The notes: generated by a model from the letters alone, not told the origin. Positions 29,553 to 39,577 are shown, counted from the stretch's first letter. The stretch is 64,000 bases of DNA from an uncultured Candidatus Saccharibacteria bacterium (GCA_964550955.1 CAZKAF010000001.1:568126-632125), one strand, 5' to 3'. Numbers and translations are program-made.

Positions 29553-31015
29553 CGGAAGAGGTCCGTCAGGCCGCCCTTGGGGCCGCTGCTGCCCGCAGCC
29601 GCATCGACCGTCGCGCTGATCGGCGCAGTCACGGAAACATCAACCTTGGGAATGTCGACTTTTATCTCAGCCTTGACTTCAGCGCCAGCTGAAGCGTTCG
29701 AGCTTGGCGCGGACGGGCTTGAATTCGATGATCCGGATGAGGTCGCGGTACCTGACTCAGAAGACGTGGCCGATGCCGTTGAGCTTGCCGAGGATGAAGC
29801 CGATGCGAACATCGCGGCGGTCACGGCCGTTCCGGAAGCAAACGAGCTCAAGCTTATGTCGGCAGCCGATTGCGCGGAAGCGCCTGACCTGACCGTCGAC
29901 TTGCCGCTAGATTTTAAAATGACATTTACCTCGTGCGCGACTCGCTGCGCATCCTTGAATGCGGTGAACGCTTCCCCGTACACGCTCGCATCAAGCTTGG
30001 CCTTTCCGTCAACCACGAGCGCGTTTGCCACGCCGAGGCGGGCTTCGACCGTCGCCTTGCTCGCGTCGTTAATTCTGGATGCGGAGCTGTTTGCCGCAGT
30101 CTTGACCTGGGCAATCTCCTTTTCAGCGACCGAAAGCGCGTTTTGCGCCGCTATCCTGATTCCCGCCTGATTGCTTGAAGTGGCAATCACGACTTCCGCG
30201 TCGGCCCGGGATTCCGTCACTCGGGCCAGCTTTCGCTCGACCGCGCCGAGCATGGACCCTACGGCAGCCCTTGTCTTCTCGTCACCCTCATCTTTCAAGG
30301 AAAGATTCGCGATGATCCTCTGATGAGCCCGAAGCGAGCTTTCGAAATCGGAACTTAGAGTCGCGGCCGCATCGACCGATCCGCTGGCCCTTAGCCGATC
30401 AATGATGCCGGTCGCCTCGACGGACTTCTTCGTAAATTTGCTTTCAATGTCAGCCTGGGTCGAAGCGCTCAATCTTCCCTCAAAAGCCAGCTTTTCAGCT
30501 TCTTCGAGGCGTCGAGTCGCCTGATTCAGATTCACCTTCGCCTTAGTTTCAGAACTGACCGCAAGCGCAGATTCCACGCCTTCATTCACGTGAATCTTGA
30601 CTGGGTATAAAATGTCGCCCGGCAGTGAGCCGTTGGCAGCGAATGTTGTTCCGCCGCCGAGCACGAGCACAAGAGCAATGATTATTGGCATAAATTTTTT
30701 CTGCTTAAATACGGATAATGGTCCGAACATCTGAACGCGAGTTCCTTTGTTCTTCCTTATCCCATTAAGACGACCGTCGAGAAAGCCCCTTACCATGTCA
30801 GCGAATGGCGACACGATGCCGGGACCGCCAAGCCCCGTGCTTATGCTGCCTTTCTCCCCACGACAAATACCGCCTTCGGCAGAAGCAGTCTTTGCCGCCG
30901 CAGGATTCTTGTCCATGAAATCCATGATCGCATTCTTTATATGCGCCTTGTCTTCAGGCTTCAGCTTCACGTCTTTTGCTTTTTTAAATAATTCTTCAGG
31001 CATTTTGTTTTTCAA
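29549..31015 (-). CDS. putative anti-sigma factor / DUF5667-like membrane protein with Ser/Ala/Thr-rich tail
   Basis: Overlaps the sigma gene stop. Cytoplasmic N-terminus, single TM (FMPIIIALVLVLGG), extracytoplasmic domain, low-complexity C-terminus. Confidence 0.5.
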   Translation of the reverse strand: MKNKMPEELFKKAKDVKLKPEDKAHIKNAIMDFMDKNPAAAKTASAEGGICRGEKGSISTGLGGPGIVSPFADMVRGFLDGRLNGIRKNKGTRVQMFGPLSVFKQKKFMPIIIALVLVLGGGTTFAANGSLPGDILYPVKIHVNEGVESALAVSSETKAKVNLNQATRRLEEAEKLAFEGRLSASTQADIESKFTKKSVEATGIIDRLRASGSVDAAATLSSDFESSLRAHQRIIANLSLKDEGDEKTRAAVGSMLGAVERKLARVTESRADAEVVIATSSNQAGIRIAAQNALSVAEKEIAQVKTAANSSASRINDASKATVEARLGVANALVVDGKAKLDASVYGEAFTAFKDAQRVAHEVNVILKSSGKSTVRSGASAQSAADISLSSFASGTAVTAAMFASASSSASSTASATSSESGTATSSGSSNSSPSAPSSNASAGAEVKAEIKVDIPKVDVSVTAPISATVDAAAGSSGPKGGLTDLFR

Positions 31016-31523
31016 TTTTGAGCATGACTCTTAATTTATCCAGCCCCCTGTGAATACGCACGGAGATGGTGTTTTCCGATTCTCCAGTAATTTCAGCTAT
31101 TTCATTAATTTCCAGACTCTGGACAAAGCGCATGAATATAGTCTCGTTATAAGGAGGAGGGAGATTCTGTATTTTTGCAATCGCTCCAAGGCCGTCTATC
31201 TGATTTACGACAGATTCCGTATTGTCGAAAGACGGCTCGAAGCCGGCCTCCTGGAGCACTTCCAAGGATTCTGATTTGCCCTGCCTTCGGGCCTTTCTTC
31301 GATATTCGTCGATGATTAAGTTCGTAGCCGTCCTATACAGTAAAGCTTTCATATTTTCCACCGAGTTTGATTCGTTTGATATGTAAGTCCACGCTTTCAT
31401 GTAGATGTCCTGAACTAAGTCCTTGGCCAATTCAGCATTGCTTATCTTGAACAGGCAAAAGCGAAAGAGAGCATCTGCATGCAAATCATAAGCTTCCAAA
31501 AATGCCTTATGCGTGTCTTTCAT
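30996..31523 (-). CDS. ECF-type RNA polymerase sigma-70 factor
   Basis: Region 2 (DLVQDIYMKAW) and region 4 HTH (EIAEITGESENTISVRIHRGL). Confidence 0.85.
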   Translation of the reverse strand: MKDTHKAFLEAYDLHADALFRFCLFKISNAELAKDLVQDIYMKAWTYISNESNSVENMKALLYRTATNLIIDEYRRKARRQGKSESLEVLQEAGFEPSFDNTESVVNQIDGLGAIAKIQNLPPPYNETIFMRFVQSLEINEIAEITGESENTISVRIHRGLDKLRVMLKIEKQNA

Positions 31524-31817
31524 GATAGTAGACGACGGGACAGCAAAACCATTGCTGAAACCCCATGACTACTACAGTTTGTGCCCATGCAAGGTTGTTG
31601 TCAACCGCCTTCTATTGCAATTCTAACGCAACATGAAGGGCCGCAACCAAGGGCAACTCGAAAGAACCGGGCGGGCAGGAAGCCGGGAGTAATTTCACAT
31701 GTGAATTTTATCGTTAGCTCTCACTTGCTTATATAAGTCGCTGGACCCGAGAAGTTCTTACCAAGAAAAAAACCGCCCTGATTTGAGGCGGCTTTTCATG
31801 AAAAATGCGGGCTTTTT

Positions 31818-33089
31818 CTAGTATTCTTTCATCGCGAGCTGGGCATCGGATTTCTTCACGATGTCGAGCACTACGGATACGACGATGAGAAGGGCGGTTC
31901 CTCCGATAGTCAGGAACTGGATGCCCGTAATGGCCTGGATGACCGGAGGCAGGACGGCAATGACGCCGAGGAAGAATGCCCCGACAAGAGTGATTCTGGA
32001 CACCACCTTGCCAAGATACTCAGCCGTATGCTCGCCGGGACGCACGCCAGGGATGAAGGCCCCGTTCTTCTGAAGATTCTCCGAGATGCTCTTCGGGTCG
32101 AACGTTACAGCCGTATAGAAGTATGTGAAGAAGAATACGAGCACGAAGTAGATAGCGGCGTAAATCCACTGGTTCTGCATGATCGAGTTCAGCTGGGCTC
32201 CGATGCTGTTCACGGTCGGATTCTGAAGATATGTAAGGAAATTGAAGACCATTTGAGGAAGCACGAGGAGCGACAGCGCGAAGATGATCGGAATGACGCC
32301 GGCCTGGTTGAGTCGGAGAGGGAGATACGTCGAAGTGCCTCCGAATGTCTTGGTACCTCTCACCTGCTTCGCATACGTCACGGGAACTGGCCGTTCCGCC
32401 TCAGTGATGTAGACAACCGCAAAGATGGTAAACAGGCCGAGAGCGAGCATGCCGAGGTATACAGGAAGCTGTTCTACCTGGAAAGCGAAGAAAGCCTGCG
32501 AAATGACCTGCGGCAGCGAAGCGACGATGCCTGCGAAGATGATATTTGAAAGGCCGTTTCCGATGCCGAACTCCGTCATGATTTCGCCGAGCCACATGAG
32601 GAAAACCGAACCTGCCACGATAACTAGAACGTTCGTGAACAGCGTGAACGGATCAAGGGCGGCCACTGCGCCCTGCCGCTGCAAGATAACGATGAAGCTG
32701 AATGCCTGCACGAATGCGAGCGGCACGGAAAGAAGCCTGGCATACTGGGAGAATTTCTTTCTTCCGATTGCGCCCTCTTCCGTTTGAAGGGATTTTATCT
32801 TCGGAGACATGATAGTCAGGAGCTGCATGATGATGGAAGCCGTGATATACGGTCCGACGCCGAGCATCATGATTGATAGCGTCGAAAGGCCTCCTCCGGA
32901 GAATACGCTGAGAAGGCCGAAAAATTGGTTATTGCTCAAAAACTGATCCAAAGCGGCCTGGTTTACGCCTGGAATCGGAACAACCGACATGAATCTGAAT
33001 ACGGCAAATGCGCCGAGCACGAAAAGCACCTGCTTCCGCAGGCCGGGGTCTGTAAATACGTTCTTGATTTTCTGGATGAATTTTGTCAT
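31818..33089 (-). CDS. secY: preprotein translocase SecY
   Basis: 10-TM SecY. Start at MTKFIQKIKN; the ORF-track extension overlaps rplO. Confidence 0.9.
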   Translation of the reverse strand: MTKFIQKIKNVFTDPGLRKQVLFVLGAFAVFRFMSVVPIPGVNQAALDQFLSNNQFFGLLSVFSGGGLSTLSIMMLGVGPYITASIIMQLLTIMSPKIKSLQTEEGAIGRKKFSQYARLLSVPLAFVQAFSFIVILQRQGAVAALDPFTLFTNVLVIVAGSVFLMWLGEIMTEFGIGNGLSNIIFAGIVASLPQVISQAFFAFQVEQLPVYLGMLALGLFTIFAVVYITEAERPVPVTYAKQVRGTKTFGGTSTYLPLRLNQAGVIPIIFALSLLVLPQMVFNFLTYLQNPTVNSIGAQLNSIMQNQWIYAAIYFVLVFFFTYFYTAVTFDPKSISENLQKNGAFIPGVRPGEHTAEYLGKVVSRITLVGAFFLGVIAVLPPVIQAITGIQFLTIGGTALLIVVSVVLDIVKKSDAQLAMKEY

Positions 33090-33111
33090 AGCGTTAGCAC
33101 CTATAGTACCA

Positions 33112-33549
33112 CTACGCAACGATACCGCCAACCTTTTCAATCTTTGATTTTGCTGATGCAGAAACTGAGCAGTTCTTGAACGTGAGGGCCACGGCAATGT
33201 CGCCGGTAGAGAGAATCTTGACTTCAGGGTATCTTCCGCCGAACATTTCAATAACGCCCTTGTCTACAAGCGTTTTCGGGGTAACCGTCTCGCCTGCCTT
33301 GAATACGGAAAGCTTGGTGAGGTTAACGGGAGTCGCGTCCTTTTTGATGGATTTGTTTGAGTTTACGCCTCGGCCTCGAAGCTTCGGAAGCCGCTTGATC
33401 ATGTCTCGGATTTCAGGTCGGATCTTGTGTCCGGCTCGAGCTTTCTGGCCTTTCGTTCCTCGGCCGGCAGTCTTGCCTCGCTTGCCGCCTCGACCAACCT
33501 GCACCTTTTTCTTATTTTCAGTTTTTCTCTTTAGGTTATGAATTTGCAT
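33112..33549 (-). CDS. rplO: 50S ribosomal protein L15
   Basis: MQIHNLKRK...GRGGKRGKTAGRG. Confidence 0.9.
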   Translation of the reverse strand: MQIHNLKRKTENKKKVQVGRGGKRGKTAGRGTKGQKARAGHKIRPEIRDMIKRLPKLRGRGVNSNKSIKKDATPVNLTKLSVFKAGETVTPKTLVDKGVIEMFGGRYPEVKILSTGDIAVALTFKNCSVSASAKSKIEKVGGIVA

Positions 33550-33567
33550 GGCATTTGAATTAGTCTC

Positions 33568-34218
33568 TTATTTGCTGTTCGCTCGCGGCTTCTTGAGCTG
33601 CTTGAGGGCGACGATGGCAACTCGGGCGTTATTTAGCTTGTTCTTTGAGCCAGATCGAATCTTTGCAGTAACGTCCTTGATGCCGGCAAGGTCGATGACG
33701 TCTCGCACGGAACTGCCGGCCACGATGCCTTTGCCCGGAGCTGGCATGATATGAACCCGAGAACTTGAGAACTTGGCAAAAACTTCATGAGGAATGCTTC
33801 CTGACTTGGTCGTAGGAACCACGAACATGTTTTTCTTTGCGTTTCGGAGCGCTTTTTCAACTGCGAGCGCAGTGTCGCCTCCCTTTCCTGTGCCTACGCC
33901 GACTTTCCCTCGTCGGTCGCCTGCTACAAGCGCAACAGCAAAACTGAATCGTCGTCCGCCCGATGACACTCGAGTCACTCGCCTTATGTCGAGGATTTTC
34001 TGGTCGAATTCCGGCTTAGCTCGAGGCTCTCGTCGCGGTCCGCCTCGCCTGTCGCCGCCCGATGAAGGACCCCTTGACCCTCCTCGTGACGCGCCTCGCG
34101 GTCCGCCCGGAGCAGGCCTTGACCCTCTCGGAGCAAAGCTTCGCACGTCGCCAGTTGTTGGCGGAAGCGCTGAAGAAGCCTTAGCTGGTTCGTTTTTTGT
34201 CTCTGTAGTTTCTGTCAT
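33568..34218 (-). CDS. rpsE: 30S ribosomal protein S5 with RGG-rich N-terminal extension
   Basis: ILDIRRVTRV...GRRFSF...; followed directly by rplO with no L30 gene. Confidence 0.9.
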   Translation of the reverse strand: MTETTETKNEPAKASSALPPTTGDVRSFAPRGSRPAPGGPRGASRGGSRGPSSGGDRRGGPRREPRAKPEFDQKILDIRRVTRVSSGGRRFSFAVALVAGDRRGKVGVGTGKGGDTALAVEKALRNAKKNMFVVPTTKSGSIPHEVFAKFSSSRVHIMPAPGKGIVAGSSVRDVIDLAGIKDVTAKIRSGSKNKLNNARVAIVALKQLKKPRANSK

Positions 34219-34230
34219 AAATGTATAATA

Positions 34231-34575
34231 TTAAAATTCTAGGCCACCTTCTCGAGCGCCGTCTGCAAGAGCCCTGACTCGGCCCGTGTAAATAAACCCG
34301 CCTCTGTCAAATACGACTTTTGCGATACTTTTTGACTTGGCCAGTTTTGCAAGCTCGGTACCGACAGCTTTTGCAGATTCAGTTTTGCCTCCCTTCGCCT
34401 TCATGGATGAAGCAGCAGCAAGAGTGACGCCGTTCTCATCGTCAATGAGCTGGGCATAAATGTATGCATTTGACTTGTAGACCGCGAGTCGAGGCCTCAA
34501 AGAAGTGCCTGAGATCTTGGCTCGGATTCTCTTTTTTCGTCTTTCTCTTGTTGTTGATATAATTGACTGCTTCAT
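34231..34575 (-). CDS. rplR: 50S ribosomal protein L18
   Basis: [19 protein letters not shown]...GG.IYTGRV. Confidence 0.9.
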   Translation of the reverse strand: MKQSIISTTRERRKKRIRAKISGTSLRPRLAVYKSNAYIYAQLIDDENGVTLAAASSMKAKGGKTESAKAVGTELAKLAKSKSIAKVVFDRGGFIYTGRVRALADGAREGGLEF

Positions 34576-34595
34576 ATGAATGCTTTAACTAATTA

Positions 34596-35129
34596 TTATG
34601 CTGCTTTTTTGCCTTGCTTTCGCTTGATTACTTCGCCGTCATATCGGAATCCCTTGCCCTTGTACGGTTCAGGCTTCTTCAGGGATCGAACTTCTGCCGC
34701 AAACTGAGTCACGACTTCCTTGTTGATGCCGGACACCGAGACGACGCCCTTTTCCGAAGTAACCGTGAGTCCTGCAGGAATCTCGACTTTGACAGGATGA
34801 GAGAATCCGAGCGCGAGGTTAAGCGAGGAACCTACCACGTCAGCCTTGTAGCCGATGCCTTCGAGTATGAGCTTGACCGTGTAGCCTTCATTCACGCCCT
34901 TGACCATATTTTTGACATGAGAGGCGTACGTGCCCCAAAGCGCGGTCGTTGCAAGATCTTTCTTCTGAGGCTCGAAAGTAATCTGCGAACCGTCAATCTT
35001 GATGGCTACGACAGATTTGAAAGCTCGCGACAGCTCTCCTTTTGGACCTTTGACAGTCAAAATGCCGTCGACGAGCTTGACGTCTGTTTTTTCCGGTATT
35101 TCGATGATTTGCTTTCCTACTCGTGACAT
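34596..35129 (-). CDS. rplF: 50S ribosomal protein L6
   Basis: MSRVGKQIIEIP...KGPKGEL; two L6 repeats. Confidence 0.9.
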   Translation of the reverse strand: MSRVGKQIIEIPEKTDVKLVDGILTVKGPKGELSRAFKSVVAIKIDGSQITFEPQKKDLATTALWGTYASHVKNMVKGVNEGYTVKLILEGIGYKADVVGSSLNLALGFSHPVKVEIPAGLTVTSEKGVVSVSGINKEVVTQFAAEVRSLKKPEPYKGKGFRYDGEVIKRKQGKKAA

Positions 35130-35148
35130 GGTTGTGATATTAAATTAA

Positions 35149-35538
35149 TTACCAAATTTTGAACAATGCTTCTCCGCCGACCTTCGCTTTTCGAGCCTCC
35201 TTGTCCACCATGACTCCCTTCGGAGTAGTCAGGACGAGCGATCCGTAACCGCTTCGCACGGGCCGAACCTCTGACGACTTCGTGTACATTCTTCGAGAAT
35301 ATTTTGAAATCTGCTGAACGCCCTGTATCTTCGGCTCGTTGTCCTCGTATGCAAGCTCGACCTCGATAGTCTTGATGACCTTCTTCCCTTTCGTTGAAAA
35401 ATCCTTAATGTAGCCCTCTTTCTTGAGAGTCTCGAGAACTGATTCCCGGAACTTAGAGTAAGGAAGCACAAGAGTGGCTTTGCCGGCCTTGTTTGAAACT
35501 TTAAGGTTATTTATGAGTTCTGCGATTACGTCTACCAT
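35149..35538 (-). CDS. rpsH: 30S ribosomal protein S8
   Basis: [14 protein letters not shown]..., C-terminal GGEALFKIW. Confidence 0.9.
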   Translation of the reverse strand: MVDVIAELINNLKVSNKAGKATLVLPYSKFRESVLETLKKEGYIKDFSTKGKKVIKTIEVELAYEDNEPKIQGVQQISKYSRRMYTKSSEVRPVRSGYGSLVLTTPKGVMVDKEARKAKVGGEALFKIW

Positions 35539-35717
35539 GATGCTTTTTTAATACCCGGAATAAGTCCTTCGTTTGCTAATTCTCTGAAACAGATTCGGCA
35601 CATGTCGAACTCTCTCATGTAACCCCTGCCTCGACCGCATCTGAAACATCGTCGAACTACTCGACTTTTGAATTTCGGTTTTTTGAGGGATCGTGCGACT
35701 GTTGATGTTTTTGCCAT
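35532..35717 (-). CDS. rpsN: 30S ribosomal protein S14, zinc-binding type Z
   Basis: 61 aa with CxxC...CxxC. Confidence 0.9.
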   Translation of the reverse strand: MAKTSTVARSLKKPKFKSRVVRRCFRCGRGRGYMREFDMCRICFRELANEGLIPGIKKASW

Positions 35718-35752
35718 ATTTCGTTAATTCGTGTTGGTTGATGCTAGCAATT

Positions 35753-36307
35753 CTATCGAGCCGTGTCAATCTTTTTAAATAGGAGTCCGAGCTGCTCGAG
35801 CACTTCTTTCGTTTCGTCCTTTGATTTTGATGTCATGACCATGTTTACCGCGAAACCGAAGACGTCCTTGATTTCTTCATCCGCAGTTTCAGGGAAAACG
35901 GTATGTTCCTTGATGCCGAGGGTATAGTTGCCCATGGCGTCAATGGACTTGACCTCCACGCCTCGGAAGTCCCGAGTTCGAGGAAGCGCGACGTTGATGA
36001 GCTTCTCCAGGAAGCTCCACATTCGCTCGCCTCGAAGCGTCACCTGCCATCCGGCATCATCGCCCTGTCGCACCTTGAAAGCAGCCATGGACTTCTTCGC
36101 TGAAGTCTTCGTGGCCTTCTGGCCCGCAATCTTGGTGAGCCTGTCGCCGACGAGCTCTTTCTTTTTCGGATCCTTGACGGAGCCTGTCGTGGAAGAAAGG
36201 ATGATTTTCTGGATTCGAGGAGCCTGAAGCTTGTTCGTGTATCCGAACTTCGGCTTCATCGCTTCATAGAGACCCTGCGCTTTTTCTTTTACTGTTTGAT
36301 GTTTCAT
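35753..36307 (-). CDS. rplE: 50S ribosomal protein L5
   Basis: L5 order and conserved core. Confidence 0.9.
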   Translation of the reverse strand: MKHQTVKEKAQGLYEAMKPKFGYTNKLQAPRIQKIILSSTTGSVKDPKKKELVGDRLTKIAGQKATKTSAKKSMAAFKVRQGDDAGWQVTLRGERMWSFLEKLINVALPRTRDFRGVEVKSIDAMGNYTLGIKEHTVFPETADEEIKDVFGFAVNMVMTSKSKDETKEVLEQLGLLFKKIDTAR

Positions 36308-36326
36308 AATATTTAAATTAGGAGGA

Positions 36327-36626
36327 CTAGATAGTTTTCCCGGTCTTCTTGCTTACTCGAACCTTCTTGTCGCCGACGACCTTTGTCCCTACGCGAACCG
36401 CCTTGCCGGACTCGGCAAGCATGACGTTTGAAACATGCATAGGCACCGAGAACTCGACAGTTACGCCTTTCTTGTCCTGCTGTCGCGACTTCTGGTGCTT
36501 CTTTCGAAGATTCAAGCCTTCCACGACGACTTGCGATTTGGTCGGGATGGCAAGAATAACCTTGCCAGTTTTGCCCTTTTCCTTGCCCGCCGTCACTATT
36601 ACGTTGTCTCCTTTTTTGATTTTCAT
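36327..36626 (-). CDS. rplX: 50S ribosomal protein L24
   Basis: MKIKKGDNVIVTAGKEKGKTGKV KOW motif. The ORF-track N-terminal extension was rejected. Confidence 0.85.
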   Translation of the reverse strand: MKIKKGDNVIVTAGKEKGKTGKVILAIPTKSQVVVEGLNLRKKHQKSRQQDKKGVTVEFSVPMHVSNVMLAESGKAVRVGTKVVGDKKVRVSKKTGKTI

Positions 36627-36654
36627 GGTCTTGTATTTAGATGCGTAAGATAGG

Positions 36655-37035
36655 TTATACGATTTCAGGCGCGAGCGACGCGATTTTCTGGAAGCCGAAT
36701 TCCTGAAGCTCTCGCGGAATCGGGCCGAAGATTCGACCTGCAAGCGGATCAGTCTTGTCCTTTCCGCCCTTGTTGAGAATGACTACCGCGTTCTCGTCGA
36801 ATCGAACGTATGAGCCGTCCTTTCGTCGGAATGCCTTTCGCTGCCGCACGACTACGCCCTGAAGGACGTCTTTCTTCTTTACGCTTTTTCGAGGCTGCGC
36901 CTTCTGGACCGAGAGGACGACAATGTCGCCGAGCTCGGCGTATCTTTTCTTCGAGCTTCCGAGCACCTTGAAAACTCGGCCGATAGTGGCGCCTGAGTTG
37001 TCTGCTATTCGAACTATTGATCGTGGTTGAATCAT
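36655..37035 (-). CDS. rplN: 50S ribosomal protein L14
   Basis: MIQPRSIVRIADNSGA. Confidence 0.9.
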   Translation of the reverse strand: MIQPRSIVRIADNSGATIGRVFKVLGSSKKRYAELGDIVVLSVQKAQPRKSVKKKDVLQGVVVRQRKAFRRKDGSYVRFDENAVVILNKGGKDKTDPLAGRIFGPIPRELQEFGFQKIASLAPEIV

Positions 37036-37055
37036 GTTGGTAGTATTAGTTTCGC

Positions 37056-37304
37056 TTACGCGATGACTTTAAATTTTTTATCCTTGGAAATCGGAGCGCA
37101 TTCTTCGATAGATGCCTTGTCGCCAATTTTCTTGGTGTTGCCCGGATTATGAGCCTTGTACTTCTTTGTTCGCACGACGTATTTCTGGTACTTTGGAAGC
37201 TTTACGTATCGTTCCACTTTTACCGTAATCGTATCTTTCATCTTGTCAGATACGACCACTCCGGTGAGAACTCTCTTTTTTGAAATTGTTGTTGAAGTTG
37301 CCAT
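37056..37304 (-). CDS. rpsQ: 30S ribosomal protein S17
   Basis: LTGVVVSDKM.KT..V.V.R. Confidence 0.9.
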   Translation of the reverse strand: MATSTTISKKRVLTGVVVSDKMKDTITVKVERYVKLPKYQKYVVRTKKYKAHNPGNTKKIGDKASIEECAPISKDKKFKVIA

Positions 37305-37322
37305 GTTTGTATTTTAAATATG

Positions 37323-37511
37323 TTACGCCTGCTCCTCGTTAAGCACTGTCATGATCTGAGCAATGTCCTTTCTGATGGTTCGACCTTCTTTTACGTTCTT
37401 AGTCTTTGAACGAGAATTTCCAAGCCGGAACTCCTGCAAAGCATCCTTCTTTTCTACAAGAAGCTTTCGGAGGTCTTTTGGTGTTTTTGTTTTGAGGTCG
37501 GACATTTTCAT
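37323..37511 (-). CDS. rpmC: 50S ribosomal protein L29
   Basis: 62 aa, LR.K...EL..EL..L... Confidence 0.85.
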   Translation of the reverse strand: MKMSDLKTKTPKDLRKLLVEKKDALQEFRLGNSRSKTKNVKEGRTIRKDIAQIMTVLNEEQA

Positions 37512-37535
37512 ACTCGTTCAATTATATAATGACTT

Positions 37536-37958
37536 TTAATGCGTTCGCGCTACTACTTTAGACTTGAGAGGAAGCTTCGCTCCGGCCTTTCTAAGCGCTT
37601 CCCGGGCAGCCTCTTCAGTAATGCCGTCAATCTCGAAGACTACTCGGCCAGGGAGAACATCTACGCAGAAACCCTGCGGCTCGCCCTTGCCTTTGCCCAT
37701 CGGCACTTCGGCAGCTTTCTGCGTGTAAGGTCGGTCAGGGAAGATTCGAACCCAGATTCGTCCGGCCTTGCCCACTGACTTGGCAATCACCTTTCGGGCA
37801 GATTCGATCTGGTTGGACGTAACCTGATTGTAAGAAGTAGCTTTCAGGCCGAAAGATCCGAAACTGAGGTCAGTCCCGCGGGACTCCACCCCGATGAACT
37901 TCGGGTTCTGTCGGTTCTTCTGCCACTTTCTGAATTTTACTTTCTTTGGGAATAACAT
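37536..37958 (-). CDS. rplP: 50S ribosomal protein L16
   Basis: MLFPKKVKFRKWQK... Confidence 0.9.
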   Translation of the reverse strand: MLFPKKVKFRKWQKNRQNPKFIGVESRGTDLSFGSFGLKATSYNQVTSNQIESARKVIAKSVGKAGRIWVRIFPDRPYTQKAAEVPMGKGKGEPQGFCVDVLPGRVVFEIDGITEEAAREALRKAGAKLPLKSKVVARTH

Positions 37959-37984
37959 GATTGTATAGTTAAAAGCTCGTTATC

Positions 37985-38644
37985 TTATTTCTTTGAAAAG
38001 ACGTCGCCAAGGTATATCCACACCTTAATGCCGATGTTTCCATAAGGCAAGTGCGCTTCAAATCGCTTGAAGTCAATATCTGCTCTGAAAGTCTGAAGAG
38101 GGATTCGACCTTTTTTAAGTTCTTCTTGCCTAGCCATTTCCGCGCCGCCGAGACGACCAGATAGGAAGATTCGAACGCCCTTTACGTCTCTGCTCGACAT
38201 GACCTTGTCAATCATCTGCTTCATTACTCGTCGGAAGGGCATTCGCTTTTCGAGGCCTTCCGCCACCATCTGCGCGACGATGGCCGCGCTTGCTTCAGGA
38301 GACTTAACTTCTTCGATTTCAAGCTTGAGATCGCTTCTTGTTTCCGCGCCGATTTTCTTCATGAACGCGAGGACTTCGGATCGGAGCTTGGTTACACCCT
38401 CACCGTTTCGGCCGATGATGATGCCCGGTCGAGACGTCTTGATCACGATTCGGTAGCTCTTCTCGCCTCGTTCCATTTCAACGCCGGCAACGTACATGCC
38501 TCGGAGCTTCTTGTCGAGCCATTCCCGAAGGAGAATGTCGCACTTCAGGTTTGTCCTGTAAGTAGCATGCGTTGCAAACCATCGAGATTTCCAATCCTTG
38601 ATGATTCCGAGTCTATGTGCAAATGGATGTACGTTATGCGTCAT
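37985..38644 (-). CDS. rpsC: 30S ribosomal protein S3
   Basis: KH domain; HNVHPFAHRLGI. Confidence 0.9.
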   Translation of the reverse strand: MTHNVHPFAHRLGIIKDWKSRWFATHATYRTNLKCDILLREWLDKKLRGMYVAGVEMERGEKSYRIVIKTSRPGIIIGRNGEGVTKLRSEVLAFMKKIGAETRSDLKLEIEEVKSPEASAAIVAQMVAEGLEKRMPFRRVMKQMIDKVMSSRDVKGVRIFLSGRLGGAEMARQEELKKGRIPLQTFRADIDFKRFEAHLPYGNIGIKVWIYLGDVFSKK

Positions 38645-38663
38645 GGTATGTATTGATTATTAA

Positions 38664-39095
38664 TTATTTAGAGGCTGCTTTAGATTTTGCAGCTTTGGCC
38701 GGCTTGACCGCTTTTTCGGTTTCTACTTTCTCAGCAGCAACTTTGGAAGAGCCTTTCTTTCCCCTCTTGGCCGCGGCTTCGCCGAGAACGACCATGACAT
38801 GGCTTGATCGCTTGTTGATCCGTGAGGCTGAGCCTCGGGCTCGCGGCATCATTCGCTTAAGGACGATTCCCTTGTCTACTCGAATTTCCTTGACGATAAG
38901 GGCATCGGCTGAGAAGCCCTGCGCTTCCGCGTTCGCAACGGCGCTCTTGATGAGTTCCGCAACGGGAGAAGAAGCTCGCTTGACCGTGAAGGCCAGCTGA
39001 GCAAGGGCGTTCTTGACCGTCTTACCACGTACCAGACCTGCAGCAAGTGCTACTTTTCGCGGAGATTGTCTATAGTTTCTTAAGATTGCTTTCAT
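38664..39095 (-). CDS. rplV: 50S ribosomal protein L22 with Ala/Lys-rich C-terminal tail
   Basis: MKAILRNYRQSPRKV.... Confidence 0.9.
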   Translation of the reverse strand: MKAILRNYRQSPRKVALAAGLVRGKTVKNALAQLAFTVKRASSPVAELIKSAVANAEAQGFSADALIVKEIRVDKGIVLKRMMPRARGSASRINKRSSHVMVVLGEAAAKRGKKGSSKVAAEKVETEKAVKPAKAAKSKAASK

Positions 39096-39110
39096 GGTAA
39101 GACGTTATGA

Positions 39111-39458
39111 TTATTTCTTTTTAGTATCTGTCGTCGAGGCTTTCGCGGCTTTGGCAGCTGAGATTTCGGCCTGCTTCTTCGCAGCGTCGATATCCTTCTG
39201 CATCTTTCCTCCGTGTCGCACGAACTTTCGAGTCGGGGAGAATTCCCCAAGCCTGTGCCCTACCATATCTTCAGTGACAAGCACTTCGATGTGCGCCTTG
39301 CCGTTGTGCACGCCAAACGTAAAGCCGATCATTTCGGGAGAAATCTGGCTTCGTCGGTACCACGTGTTAATAACCCCAGTTTCTCGCGGGTTCTTGCCTT
39401 CAATCTTCTTTAGAAGTCTTTCTTCGATATATGGACCTTTTTTGAGTGATCTTGTCAT
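39111..39458 (-). CDS. rpsS: 30S ribosomal protein S19 with Lys/Ala-rich C-terminal extension
   Basis: [20 protein letters not shown]...GHRLGEF. Confidence 0.9.
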   Translation of the reverse strand: MTRSLKKGPYIEERLLKKIEGKNPRETGVINTWYRRSQISPEMIGFTFGVHNGKAHIEVLVTEDMVGHRLGEFSPTRKFVRHGGKMQKDIDAAKKQAEISAAKAAKASTTDTKKK

Positions 39459-39549
39459 TGTTTTGGTACGCGGAAGCAGGAGTATGACCGTATGTCTTGC
39501 CGTCTAACTTCGTGCGAAAAATAATAGCCCTAACAGAGCTTGTGTATGC

Positions 39550-39577
39550 ATATTAGCAGAAATAAACAGGGTGTCAA
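39550..39577 (-). promoter_or_regulatory. internal sigma70-like promoter TTGACA-N16-TAATAT upstream of rpsS
   Basis: Minus-strand -35 at 39572-39577 and -10 at 39550-39555. Lies within the 325 bp gap between rplB and rpsS. Confidence 0.4.
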
